Assembly: GCA_963734495.1 (NCBI GenBank) | Contig: CAVTHK010000007.1 | Coordinates: 399,978 to 463,977, forward strand | Direction of reading: 5' to 3' | Length of the DNA: 64,000 bases | Source: an uncultured Spirochaetota bacterium | Lineage (GTDB): Bacteria; Spirochaetota; Spirochaetia; SZUA-6; CAVTHK01 | Shown: one piece after another, positions 43,262-54,802 of the stretch | Numbering within the stretch: the first letter of the stretch is position 1 | Layout of the letters: the number at the start of each line of letters is the position of its first letter | The notes under the pieces: model-generated | Database searches by the model: none | The model's input: the letters and a program-made list of their open reading frames with translations, nothing else | What the model was told of the DNA's origin: nothing | Made by a program: the position numbers and the translations under genes

Positions 43262-45243
43262 CTACCCGAGCATCACCTGGCCGCCGGTCACCGGGATCGC
43301 CTGGCCGGTCTCGTAGCGCTGCTCGACCGCGTACAGCAGCGCGCGGAACACGTCGGCGACCCTGCAGCCGCGGCCCATGGGAACCAGCGATTCGTAGTGG
43401 CGCTTGACGTCTTCGACCGTGCGGGCGCCCGGGACCTTGCCCGCGGCCAGGTACTGCACGAAGAGGCCGTTCTTCGGGTCGGCCCAGAGGGGGCCTTCGA
43501 AAAAGTTGCCCGGGCAGATGGCGTTCACCTTGATCCCGTCCTCGATGAGCTCGAGGGCAAAGCTCTGCGTGAGCCCGATGCCGCCGAACTTCCCGCCCGC
43601 ATAGGCAAAGTTCCTGCGGCTTCCCACGAGGCCGCTCTTGGAGTTGATCTGCACGATGTCGGCCGACCAGTCGGCGGCGAAGCGATGCTGGATCTTCATG
43701 ATCCTCGCGGCCGCGCGGGCGCACAGGTAGTAGCCGGTGTAGTTGACGCGCGTGACGGCCTCGAACGTCGCGGGGTCGGTGGTCTCGATGTCCCCCGCCC
43801 GGAGAATCCCAGCGTTGCTCACGAGCAGGTCGAGGCCGCCGTACTCGAGCGCGGCCGCGAGCACCATCGACCAGGCGGACGCCTCACTGGTGACGTCGGC
43901 CGGCACGGCGAGCGCCCGGCCGGCGCCGTGCGCCGCGGTGATCTCCGCGGCCCGCGCGCGCGCCTGCGCCTCGTTGACGTCGGCCACGACGACGTGCGCC
44001 CCCTCGGCGGCGAGGCTCAGCGCGAGCCCGCCCGCCAAAGCCCTGCCCGCCGCCCGTGACCACCGCGATGCGCTCGGCAAGACGCGGGCCGCCGCCCGCG
44101 CCGCGCCCTTCGGCCACCTTCTTGCGGAAGCGTTCGACCTCCCAGCCGCCGATGAACCGCACGAGCCGTTCCGGCATCGGCTTGCTGCCGCCGAAGCTCT
44201 CGGCGTAGCAGGCGATCCGCAGCGCGTCCCGGAACAGCGCCCACGTCGTGTCCGCGTCCTTCTTCGCGGGTCCCCAGGAGTACAGGCCCAGCCCCTGCAC
44301 CGCCACCACGCGCGGGCCTGCGCCCCAGCGCTCCCGGTAGGCCGCCACCGCGCGCTCGCATGCCTCGGTTTGCGCCTCGAGGTCGTCGTGCGCCGGCCAC
44401 CCACAGCGGCTTCCGCCCGCAATAGACCATGTGGTCGGGCGTGAACGGTTCGTCGAACACCCGGAACGCGGCCTCGTCGGCGATCCGCAGCCGGACCTCC
44501 GCGCTCGTCCGGAAGACGACGATCGAGCTCTCGCCGCCCTTGAGCAGCATGCGGAGCGCGGGCGCAAGGCGGCCGGCGCGCTCGCGGTCGAACGCCGCTT
44601 CGCTCTCGTCCGGCTCGCGGCCGACCCTGCCGCGCATCGCCTTCACGACGCGCTCGGTGAGCCTGCGGACCGTCCCGGCATCGGGGGCAGCCACGAACAG
44701 GCCGTGGTTCTCGATGAGCACGAGCGACGGGGTGCGGCCGTGCTTCGCGCGCCAGGCCTCCATGAGCTCGCGCATCCTCGCCGCGAGCACGTACCCTGGC
44801 TCGATCGCCTCCACCCAGAGCACGTCGTCGCCCAGCAGCTCGCGCGCCGCCCGCTCCCCGTCGCGTCCGCAGGTGAGCCCGTTGACGAGCGCGGGGTGAG
44901 TGTGCACGACGAGAGGCTCGGGAAAGAGGTCATGGAGAAGGGTCTCTACGCTCGGCCTGAGAGAGGCGCCGGGGACGCGCGCGGCGTTCAGGTCGGCCAG
45001 CACCTCGGCCTCCCTCGTCTCCTCGCGGTCCGGGTAGCGCCGCCGCCACAGGACCGCGAGCTTTTCGCGGTCCATCTCGACGAACGTCGCGCCGGATGCC
45101 TCGGCCAGGCTCGTGCCCGAGGCCTTGACGTGGAGAACGCCGCCGATTTTGAGCGATGTGTTGCCACCGCCCGCGAGCACGTAGTCCGGGTCGGCTCCGT
45201 AGAAACGCGAGATCTCGTACAGTTGAGCCAGTGCCTGGTCCAT
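43262..45243 (-). CDS. Bifunctional class II aldolase / SDR (sorbitol-6-phosphate dehydrogenase-like); frameshifts near 44400 and 44040
   Basis: [65 protein letters not shown]. Confidence 0.85.
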
Positions 45244-45416
45244 GCGACGTCCTCCGACCGGGGCGCGCGGCGCGGGCGGCGCCGCCTGTTTGCCGGCGCC
45301 ATCTTAGCCGATGGCGCCGCAGATGGAAAGCCGGGAACATGCGGGAGATGGCGACAGCGCCGGGCATCCCCCTCAGCCAGTGGCGATCCGCTCCCCGACC
45401 GGGTATAATCGCCGCC

Positions 45417-46967
<1,551 letters not shown>

Positions 46968-46994
46968 GAGCACCGCCCGCGCGGCGGTCAGCCT

Positions 46995-48281
46995 TCAATA
47001 TAGCTCTTCGAGGACGTAGAAGAGATTCTCGTGCGTCCCGAAGACGATCCACTTGCCCGCGACGACGGGCGCGCTCAGCATGGCGCCTTCGAGCGGCAGC
47101 GTCCACAGAAGCTTCCCGTCGCGCGCCGAGAGCACGATCAGCTCGGGCCCCTTGCCCTCGCTCGCGTCGATGCCGAAGTAGACGCGGTCGCCGGCCACGG
47201 TCGGCGCGCTCGTCGTCGGAGCCCGGAACTGGCGCTTCCACGCGATGCGCCCGCTCCGCTTGTCAAAGGCGCGCACGACGGTGTCGCCGCTGGTGTAGAT
47301 CACCTTGTCCCGCCACAGCGCGGGCGCGAGGTAGTCGAGCAGGTCGAGGTTCTGGTCGAAGAGGTTCTCGGGGTCGCCCTCGGCATAGCGGCCCCAGTCC
47401 GACGTGTCGCTGTACGTCCATCTCTCGGCGCCGGTGCGGCGGTCCAGCGCGTAATACTTGAGCTCCCAGTTGTTCCCGTAATCTCCGGCCGTGCTGTAGT
47501 AGAGCGTGTTGCCGTCGAGAGCGGGGAACGAGTACCACGTCGCGCCGTCCGCGAGCGTGTCGATGACCCAGAGGTAGGCCAGGCTGTTGAGGTCGTAGGC
47601 GCCGAAGCTCACCGGCCTGCTCTGCGGGCCGGGGGCGAAGTACATGACGTCGTCGTAGACCTGGAACGTGTGATAGTACCACACGGGGTTCGGGATCTCG
47701 TGCTCTTCGACGCCCGCCGGGTTCAGCAGGAACGTGGCTCCGCCGTCGCTGGTAAAGAGGAGGCGGTCCTTGTAGCGCACGATGGTCGACTGCACCGTGC
47801 GGCCCGTCTGGAACGACCAGCGCAGCTTGCCGTCCTTCTGGTCGACGGCGTAGACCTTGCCGTCGTTGGAGCCGAGGTAGACGGTGTCCTTGTCCGCCGC
47901 CGCCACGGAGTTGATCGCGCCCTCCGTCTTGAAGACCCACCGCATAAAGCCGCTCTCGATGTCGAGGGCGTAGAAGTTGCCGTCGGTCGAGCCGAAGTAG
48001 ATCGTCCCGTCCTTGACCACCGGCGGGTTGAACGCGCGCAGGCGGTTGCGGTCGAGCTGGAGCCGCAGCTTCCACTTGACGCCGAACGGCGGGTAGACCG
48101 CGTTGGCGGTGGCGCCCCGGCCCTGCTCGCCGCGGAACATGACCCAGTCGCGCCTGCTGCGGCAGCCGGACAGAAGGGTCAGGCCGGCCACAATGACGAG
48201 AAGAAGGGCGGCGCGGACGCTGCCGGCGCCGCGCGCTGCGGGCCGGGGCCCCGGCCGCGGGGTCGTCACCTCGAGGTTCAC
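46995..48281 (-). CDS. PQQ-like beta-propeller (BamB-like) lipoprotein
   Basis: Lipobox LSGC, WVMFRG, repeated YFGS.DG..YALD..G...W.F blades. Confidence 0.85.
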   Translation of the reverse strand: MNLEVTTPRPGPRPAARGAGSVRAALLLVIVAGLTLLSGCRSRRDWVMFRGEQGRGATANAVYPPFGVKWKLRLQLDRNRLRAFNPPVVKDGTIYFGSTDGNFYALDIESGFMRWVFKTEGAINSVAAADKDTVYLGSNDGKVYAVDQKDGKLRWSFQTGRTVQSTIVRYKDRLLFTSDGGATFLLNPAGVEEHEIPNPVWYYHTFQVYDDVMYFAPGPQSRPVSFGAYDLNSLAYLWVIDTLADGATWYSFPALDGNTLYYSTAGDYGNNWELKYYALDRRTGAERWTYSDTSDWGRYAEGDPENLFDQNLDLLDYLAPALWRDKVIYTSGDTVVRAFDKRSGRIAWKRQFRAPTTSAPTVAGDRVYFGIDASEGKGPELIVLSARDGKLLWTLPLEGAMLSAPVVAGKWIVFGTHENLFYVLEELY

Positions 48282-50488
48282 CACTGGTAGTAGAGCCCCC
48301 TCAGGCTGAACGAGCGCCGCAGGAACCCGCCCGCGCCCTTGCGCCGGGCCCTGTCCAGGGCCGTCCTCCAGGCCGCGCGCACCTGGGCCCAGAGCTCTGC
48401 GTCCTCGTCGGAGCGCGTGCGGTAGTACAGCCTGGTGTAGAGCGATGCGAACTCGGCGAGCAGCGCATAACGGCCCGAGTACTCGAGGGGCGTCTCGGAG
48501 GGGACCTTCACCTCGTATCCTTCTGCCGCGAGCCTCATGAGGAGCAGCCGGTAGAGAGCGCGCAGGCCCTTGCGGTCGCGCCTGCGCGCGATCAGCCGCA
48601 GCACGATCTCCGAGCCGTACCGGTAGAGGTAGACCGCCGAGGCGCCGACGAGGGCCACGATCCCGACGATGCGCGCCAGCAGCAGCCACGGGAACGGCGC
48701 CTGGTGCTCGTAGTCGCGCTCGTCGATGAGCGGGATCACGACGTCCAGGGAGTTCGCGTCGCCGCCGGGAGGCGGCGGCTTGGCAAAGGCGGTGGTCTCG
48801 AAGTCGACCCACCCGTACTCCGGGAGGTACAGCTCGACCCATGAGTGCCGATGCGCGTCGGTGACGAGGAAGAGCTCGTCGAGCGGGACGTCCTTGAGCG
48901 CGGAGATGCGCTCTTTGAGCAGGATCAGCCCGCGGACGTGCGCCGGGGTCTGCAGGTCGCTCGCGGCGAGCCAGCCCGTCACGACGCGCGACGGGATCCC
49001 CGCGAGGCGCGCCAGCAGCGCGGTGGTGTTGGAGAACTCCGTGCAGTCGCCGGTCTTGTCGTCCGAGAGAAAGCTCTTCATCCTGTCGACGGACAGGTCG
49101 TCCTTGAACCCGATCTGGTACTGGTAGCCGGCCCAGCCGTGCAGGATCGCATCGATGCGCTGCCACGGGCTCATGTCCTTCTTGAGCAGCCCCGCCATGT
49201 AGCCGAGAAAGACCTCGCGGTCGCTCTGGCCGAGGGGCACCTTGAGGTACTCCTTGAGCGACTCCTTCTCGAGGTCCGTCAGCTCGGGCGCGGATGCCCA
49301 GTCGGCGGCGCCGGTCAGGCTGACCTCGGAGGTGACGCGATAGGAATAGCTGAAGGGGTACGGCCTCTTGTCCAGCACCGTCGGCTGGATCGTGAGCGGC
49401 TTGTAGGCGGTCACGCGATCGGGGATCGTCGACAGGTAGGACTGCTCGACGGGACCGCGGCCCTTGTCGAGATTCACGCCGGAATCCTGCCACGTCTCGA
49501 GGAGGCGCAGGTTGGTGAGCTCATTGAGGCCTTCGTCTTCGTAGGGCTTGAAGCCGGCGACGGCATCGAGGTGGCCGTCGTACGAGTCGGCGGCGTACAC
49601 CGGGTCGTGCTTGCTGCGCACGATCATCACGGCGCGCTGCTGGGGAGGCGAGCCCTGCGTGCCCTGCCCTGTGCCCTCCCGGCCCCACTGATCGGCGGGC
49701 ACGCCCTTGAGCCCGGGCTTGCCCTGCTCGCCCGGCTGTCCCTCGTTGCCCTGGCGGCCCCGGCCGTTGTGGTCCTGGCGGGGCCGGCCGCGCAGGTTGC
49801 CGTTGGGCCGGCCGTCCTTGTCGTAAGGGAGGTCGAGCGGCGTCGGCTGCGGCTCCGGCCGCAGCACGTTGAGCACGACGGAATGCCGGATAAAGTCCGG
49901 CGGCAGCAGGACCGCCAGCAGGATCAACGCCGGCACGAACACGCCGCCCAACAGGAGGATCTCGCTGCGCCTCCCGGTCTGCCCGCGGAACGCCGCGAGG
50001 TACAGGAGCAGCCCGTGCGCCAGGAAGGCCGCGAGCGTCACGATCATGATCGTCTGCGTCAGCCCCGTGGCCGCGCGCGCGGTCGCCTCCGACGCGCGCG
50101 AGAACGAGATCACCTTGTAGTAGACGATCGCCAGCAGGAAAGGCTCGACAAAGGCGACCTTGCGGCCGAGCGACCCGCCGTGGAACACGAGGGCCGTGAG
50201 CACGAATGCCGCGACGGCGAAGAGCAGGTACTGCAGCGACTGCGGGCTGATCCCGGTCAGCAGCACGGCGGCGATCGCAAGGGGGGCCGCCGCGGCGAGC
50301 AGCCACTGGGCCAGCTTGAGACGCGGCGGCGCGAGGAAGAACGCGATCGCGATCTCCGCCGGCACCACCGCGAACCAGAGCCACCAGCCGTACTGATCGT
50401 AAGGCACGACGACCGCGGGGTGAATCACGGGCAGCGCCACCGCGATCAGGTAGAGGACGAGTCGGGATGTGAAGAGCAGATAGATCAC
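48278..50488 (-). CDS. Membrane-anchored transglutaminase-like domain protein
   Basis: Multi-TM N-terminus; GDCTEFS..LAR.AGIPSRVVTG; HSWVE..GWVDFETT. Confidence 0.85.
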   Translation of the reverse strand: MIYLLFTSRLVLYLIAVALPVIHPAVVVPYDQYGWWLWFAVVPAEIAIAFFLAPPRLKLAQWLLAAAAPLAIAAVLLTGISPQSLQYLLFAVAAFVLTALVFHGGSLGRKVAFVEPFLLAIVYYKVISFSRASEATARAATGLTQTIMIVTLAAFLAHGLLLYLAAFRGQTGRRSEILLLGGVFVPALILLAVLLPPDFIRHSVVLNVLRPEPQPTPLDLPYDKDGRPNGNLRGRPRQDHNGRGRQGNEGQPGEQGKPGLKGVPADQWGREGTGQGTQGSPPQQRAVMIVRSKHDPVYAADSYDGHLDAVAGFKPYEDEGLNELTNLRLLETWQDSGVNLDKGRGPVEQSYLSTIPDRVTAYKPLTIQPTVLDKRPYPFSYSYRVTSEVSLTGAADWASAPELTDLEKESLKEYLKVPLGQSDREVFLGYMAGLLKKDMSPWQRIDAILHGWAGYQYQIGFKDDLSVDRMKSFLSDDKTGDCTEFSNTTALLARLAGIPSRVVTGWLAASDLQTPAHVRGLILLKERISALKDVPLDELFLVTDAHRHSWVELYLPEYGWVDFETTAFAKPPPPGGDANSLDVVIPLIDERDYEHQAPFPWLLLARIVGIVALVGASAVYLYRYGSEIVLRLIARRRDRKGLRALYRLLLMRLAAEGYEVKVPSETPLEYSGRYALLAEFASLYTRLYYRTRSDEDAELWAQVRAAWRTALDRARRKGAGGFLRRSFSLRGLYYQW

Positions 50489-50535
50489 ATCTGCCTCCTG
50501 TCAATAAGCCCTGTCAACGAGGCCTGCAGCCGGTC

Positions 50536-51903
50536 TCAGGCCAGCTCGACCGCGAGCGGCAGGTCCTGCCTGCGCGGCTGCGGCAGCGCCACTGCGCCGC
50601 TCTTTCCACGCCGGCGGGCCAGCACCCACAAGCCCGGAAAAAGGGGCGCCCTGCCGCCGAGAATCCACGCCGCAAAGGGTACCCTGATCGGCTCCAACCC
50701 TCCCGCGGGCGCGCCCGCTGGACGGCCGGCCGGGCTGCCCGCTGGACCGCCCGCCGCGGCCGTGACGGTGCGGCACAGCCACACCTGGGCCTTGCGGTAG
50801 AATGCCAGCGCCTGCGGCAGCATCGCGTCGAACGGGGTCGAGAAGATGTACACCTCGCCTCCGTCCTCGCGGCCTGCGTCGCTCGTCGGGTCCCCCTGGC
50901 CGTGGAGCAGGGCCAGGTCCTGCCCGAACCGCTCGATGTCGTCTTCGGTCTCCAGCTCGAAGACCCCGCGCCCCGTCAGGACGCGGAACGTGTACCTCGG
51001 GTTGTCGCGCTTCTGCCGCCTCAGGAACGTGAGGAGCCAGCTCTTGAGGAAGTCGATGTGGACCACGGCGTCCAGCGAGTCGCGGCGGCCGCCGCGGAAG
51101 TGGCGGAACTCCACCTGCACGACCTGGCTCTTCTCCTGCGTCACCGGCGAGATGCGCGTGACGAGCTCCTGCAGCCGGCTCGAGGACTTCCAGTTGATGT
51201 CGCGGAACCGGTCGCCCGGGACGTACTCGCGCATAAAGTAGCGCTCCTCGTCCGACTGCGTGTGACGGCTCGTGTCCTCTTCGCCCTGAATGGCGCGCAG
51301 CGGCGCGGGCCTGATGTCCGGGAAAGGCGCGGGCTGCACGACCATGCTGCGGGCGTGGTCCGCCCCGAAGCGCGCGCGCGTCAACCCGAACAGGTCCTTG
51401 ACCGAGAGCCGCGCGGTCAGCTCCAGCAGTCCGCTCACGGGAAAGTCGAGCACGAGCGGAAGGACCGATCCGTCGCGGGAGGAGACCTCCTGCAGCACCG
51501 CGAGGCCGGCCTGCTCGCCGACTCGCAGGCGCCCCGCGAGGTCCGCGTGCAGCCGGAAGAACGGCGCCATCGGCGCGCGCGCGCATTCGATCCGCTGCTC
51601 GCAGCCGCTGGAGCGGGCGTAGACCGGCCGGGTCGAGTCCCACTGCACGGGCAGGTCCGCGCGCGCGTTCGCCTGGATGCGGCCCGCGATCGACAGGAGC
51701 AGGAGCGCGATCAGCGCGACGAGCCCGATCGCGAGCGCGTACGGGTTGCGCGCCGCGAGGCCCCGGATCAGGAGAGGCACGATGAGCGCCAGCAGAAGGG
51801 AGCCTGCCGCGGAGAGCGGCCAGCGGAAAGCGATCCAACGAACGATCGACGAACCGGCGCGCGTTGCCCTCGCCGCCGGCCGCGTGCCCCGCGACTCAGC
51901 CAT
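50536..51903 (-). CDS. DUF58 domain membrane protein
   Basis: Two TM segments, DLFGL, REYVPGDRFRDINWKSS. Confidence 0.85.
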   Translation of the reverse strand: MAESRGTRPAARATRAGSSIVRWIAFRWPLSAAGSLLLALIVPLLIRGLAARNPYALAIGLVALIALLLLSIAGRIQANARADLPVQWDSTRPVYARSSGCEQRIECARAPMAPFFRLHADLAGRLRVGEQAGLAVLQEVSSRDGSVLPLVLDFPVSGLLELTARLSVKDLFGLTRARFGADHARSMVVQPAPFPDIRPAPLRAIQGEEDTSRHTQSDEERYFMREYVPGDRFRDINWKSSSRLQELVTRISPVTQEKSQVVQVEFRHFRGGRRDSLDAVVHIDFLKSWLLTFLRRQKRDNPRYTFRVLTGRGVFELETEDDIERFGQDLALLHGQGDPTSDAGREDGGEVYIFSTPFDAMLPQALAFYRKAQVWLCRTVTAAAGGPAGSPAGRPAGAPAGGLEPIRVPFAAWILGGRAPLFPGLWVLARRRGKSGAVALPQPRRQDLPLAVELA

Positions 51904-52951
51904 GTTTCAGCCTGACTCTCGCGCCGCGCCCTACCGCGGTTCCGGCGCCCGGACCGGCTTGTCGACCGGTACCTTCGCCATGACCTCCTCGATGACGGGC
52001 ACGGGCGACTGCGACGGATCCTGCATCACCAGCCTGTGGGCGACCGTCGGGACGAGGATCTCCTTGATCAGGTCGATGGTCACGTAGTCCTCGCCGCGGA
52101 TGAGCGCGAGCGCCCTCGCCATCCGCGACAGCTTGACGCCCGTGCGCGGACTGCCGCCGAGCTGGACGTCGGGGTGCACGCGGGTCTGGCGGACGCACTC
52201 CACAATGTACGCAATGATTTCGGGATGGATCTCGACCTCGTCGACCAGGGCCTGCCAGCCCGTGAGCTCGCGCGACCCGATCACGGCGCGAAAAGCCCGC
52301 CCACCCGTCGTCGCGGCCGTGCTGCCGGACGATGGCCGCCTCGTCTTCGGGCCCGGGGAAACCGATCGAGATCTGGATCATGAACCGGTCGAGCTGCGGC
52401 GCGGGCAGCGGGAAGAGGTGCGCGCCCTTCAGGTTCATCGTGGAAATGATGAAGAAGGGGTCCGGCAGCGTATAGGTCCTGCCCTCGATCGTCACCGTCT
52501 GCTCTTCCATCGCCTGGAAGAAGCTGCCCTGCGTCTTGGGCGTGAGGAGGTTGATCTCGTCGCAGAGCACGAAGTGCGCGAAGATAGGCCCCTTGTTGAA
52601 CACCATCTGGCGGCCGAGGCCGTCGAGCCGGTTGTACCCGAGGATGTCCTGCGGCAACAGGTCGACGGTGCACTGGATGCGGCTGAAATGCTCGACCGAG
52701 ACCTCGCCGTTCTCCGCGGGGTGGTCCTCCCAGGCGATCGACTGCGCGAGGGCGCGCGCCAGCGACGTCTTGCCGACGCCGTGGCTGTCCGCAAGCATCA
52801 CGTGCCCGCCCGCGACTTTGGCGGCCAGGATGTATTCGAGCTTGCGCGTGTCGATATAGATGACACGCTTGATGTTCTCGACCAGCTTCCGCGCGCCCAC
52901 GGTCACGTGCGCGAGCTCTTCCCTGGTACGGGCGACGGTGCTTTGCGCCAT
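51896..52951 (-). CDS. MoxR-family AAA+ ATPase; frameshift near 52290
   Basis: GHVML..HGVGKT, RIQCTVDLLPQD, GPIF, DEIN, AMEE, QLDRF; C-terminus G.SPR..V.HRL in frame 51931-52284. Confidence 0.9.
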   Translation of the reverse strand: MAQSTVARTREELAHVTVGARKLVENIKRVIYIDTRKLEYILAAKVAGGHVMLADSHGVGKTSLARALAQSIAWEDHPAENGEVSVEHFSRIQCTVDLLPQDILGYNRLDGLGRQMVFNKGPIFAHFVLCDEINLLTPKTQGSFFQAMEEQTVTIEGRTYTLPDPFFIISTMNLKGAHLFPLPAPQLDRFMIQISIGFPGPEDEAAIVRQHGRDDGWAGFSRRDRVARAHGLAGPGRRGRDPSRNHCVHCGVRPPDPRAPRRPARRQSAHGRQAVADGEGARAHPRRGLRDHRPDQGDPRPDGRPQAGDAGSVAVARARHRGGHGEGTGRQAGPGAGTAVGRGARVRLKHG

Positions 52952-53081
52952 GTTGATGTGAAAAATAGACAGAATCAGGGACCCCGTCAATCACACGTCG
53001 GGCCGGCAAAGCCGGCCGCCGCCCCCGCCGCCCGGATCCGAGCACCCGGCCGGCGGGCGATCCCGCCCGTCTACGAGAGGT

Positions 53082-54068
53082 CTACGAGACGCCCACCAGG
53101 GCCTTGATGTACTGCGACCGTTCGTAGGTCTCGGGATGCTCGCTGCGCTCGCGGCACAGCAGCCCGTTGAAGTCCTTGATCGTCTTGTAGCCCCGGCCGT
53201 CCATCCACCCCGAAACGTCCCGCAGCATCTGGCCGACGCGGCCGAGGCCGTTGCGGTACAGCGTCGAGCACACCTGGACGGCCCTGGCGCCTACGAGCAG
53301 CTGCTTGATGGCAGCCTCGCCGTCGTGGATGCCGGTCGCGGCCGCGAAGTCGGCGTCCTCGACGTCGCCGGAGAGCAGCGCGATCCACTGGAGGGAGGTG
53401 CCCATTTCTTCCGGCGTCGAGAGCATGGGACCCGTCTTGAGCCGCAGCTTCTGGATGTCCACGTCGGGCCTGTAGAACCGGTTGAAGAGCACGAAGCCGT
53501 TGATCCCTTCGTTGGCGAGCTTGCGGATCATGAAGGCCAGGCCCGAGAAGTGCGGCCCGAGCTTCATGGCGACCGGGATCGAGAGCTTCCTCCTGATCTT
53601 GCGCGCGATGTCGAGGTAGACCGCCTCGATGTCGCGGCCTTCGCTCTTGGAGCTGGCCGGCATGATGAAGACGTTGAGCTCGAGAGCGTCCGCTCCCGCC
53701 TTCTCGAGGCTCGCCGCGTAATCCATCCAGTCGCGCGAGGTGACGCAGTTGAGGCTGGCGATCACCGGCACGTTCGCGGCCGCCTTGACTTCCTTCACCA
53801 TTTTCAAGTGGTCATTGAGATGCAGGTCCTTGCCCATGTGGGTGAGAAAGTCCTGCGCCTCCGTGTGGGCCTCGACCTCCGCGCCTTCGATGTCCTGCCG
53901 CATCTCGGCGAGGATCTGCTCCTCGAACAACGACTTGAGCACCACGGCGCCCACGCCCGCTTCGACGCATTCCAGCGCCTTTGCGGCAGTCGCAGTCAGG
54001 CCGGAGCTCGCCGCCACGATCGGATTCCGAAGCTTCAATCCGAGGTAGGTCGTCGAAAGATCAGCCAT
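53082..54068 (-). CDS. Dihydroorotate dehydrogenase-like FMN protein
   Basis: DLSTTYLGLKLRNP, VLKSLFEEQI, PVIASLN, ALELN, LFNRFYRPD. Confidence 0.9.
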   Translation of the reverse strand: MADLSTTYLGLKLRNPIVAASSGLTATAAKALECVEAGVGAVVLKSLFEEQILAEMRQDIEGAEVEAHTEAQDFLTHMGKDLHLNDHLKMVKEVKAAANVPVIASLNCVTSRDWMDYAASLEKAGADALELNVFIMPASSKSEGRDIEAVYLDIARKIRRKLSIPVAMKLGPHFSGLAFMIRKLANEGINGFVLFNRFYRPDVDIQKLRLKTGPMLSTPEEMGTSLQWIALLSGDVEDADFAAATGIHDGEAAIKQLLVGARAVQVCSTLYRNGLGRVGQMLRDVSGWMDGRGYKTIKDFNGLLCRERSEHPETYERSQYIKALVGVS

Positions 54069-54251
54069 CCGCCCCCTCCTTTGGTGAACAACCGGAGACG
54101 CCGGGTCAAATTAGAGAAGAAGGAAGCAGATGTCAAGAATGAAGGTCTCCGCCGGGCGGCCGCCCCGCGCTGCGCGGCGCCGCGCGCGTCGCGTGACGCT
54201 CCCCCGCGGTGCCTGCGCAGCGGCTTACGCCCGCCTGCTTCCCTTCCCTGC

Positions 54252-54308
54252 CCTTCCTGACACCTTCCTGACACAAACCTTGACCGCGCGCCGGGCCAAT
54301 GATAGCCT
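54252..54308 (+). promoter_or_regulatory. Promoter for the RbsD/FucU gene preceded by an 11-bp tandem repeat
   Basis: CCTTCCTGACA x2 (54252-54273); TTGACC-17 bp-TAGCCT (54280-54308). Confidence 0.6.
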
Positions 54309-54352
54309 CATGAGGCTGGCCTGTACCGCGGCCGGCGGAAGGGCTGACCTCC

Positions 54353-54802
54353 GTGCTGAAATTTCCCCTGCTGCAGCCGCAGATCCTCGAGGCTCTCGGT
54401 CGGGCGGGCCATGGTTCGCAGATCCTCATCGCCGACGGCAATTACCCCTTCTCCACGACTCTCGGCCGCAACGCCGCCCTGGTGAGCCTCAACCTGAGGC
54501 CCGGGCTCGTCAACGCCACTCAGGTGCTCGAGACCATCACGTCCGCTGTGCCCGTCGAAGCCGCCGCCGTCATGGCCTACTCCAAGCAGGGCGCTTACGG
54601 CCTGGCTTCGGACCCTCCGATCTGGGCCGAATTCCGGGACATCCTCTCGAGAGTCGGGTTCCATGAGCCGCTCGCGCTCATCGAGCGGTTCGAATTCTAC
54701 AGGGCGGCGGCTGAGGACCGCGTGGCGCTCGTGATCGCGACTGCGGAGCAGCGCATCTACGCGAACATCCTCCTGACTCTCGGCGTGGTCATGCCCCGAT
54801 AG
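54353..54802 (+). CDS. RbsD/FucU family sugar mutarotase
   Basis: GHGSQILIADGNYP, ERFEFY, IATAEQRIYANILL. Confidence 0.9.
   Translation: MLKFPLLQPQILEALGRAGHGSQILIADGNYPFSTTLGRNAALVSLNLRPGLVNATQVLETITSAVPVEAAAVMAYSKQGAYGLASDPPIWAEFRDILSRVGFHEPLALIERFEFYRAAAEDRVALVIATAEQRIYANILLTLGVVMPR

Noticed and set aside
46995-49493. 832-aa propeller ORF
   Set aside because: Its N-terminal half is an alternative frame of the transglutaminase gene; the real start is near 48281.
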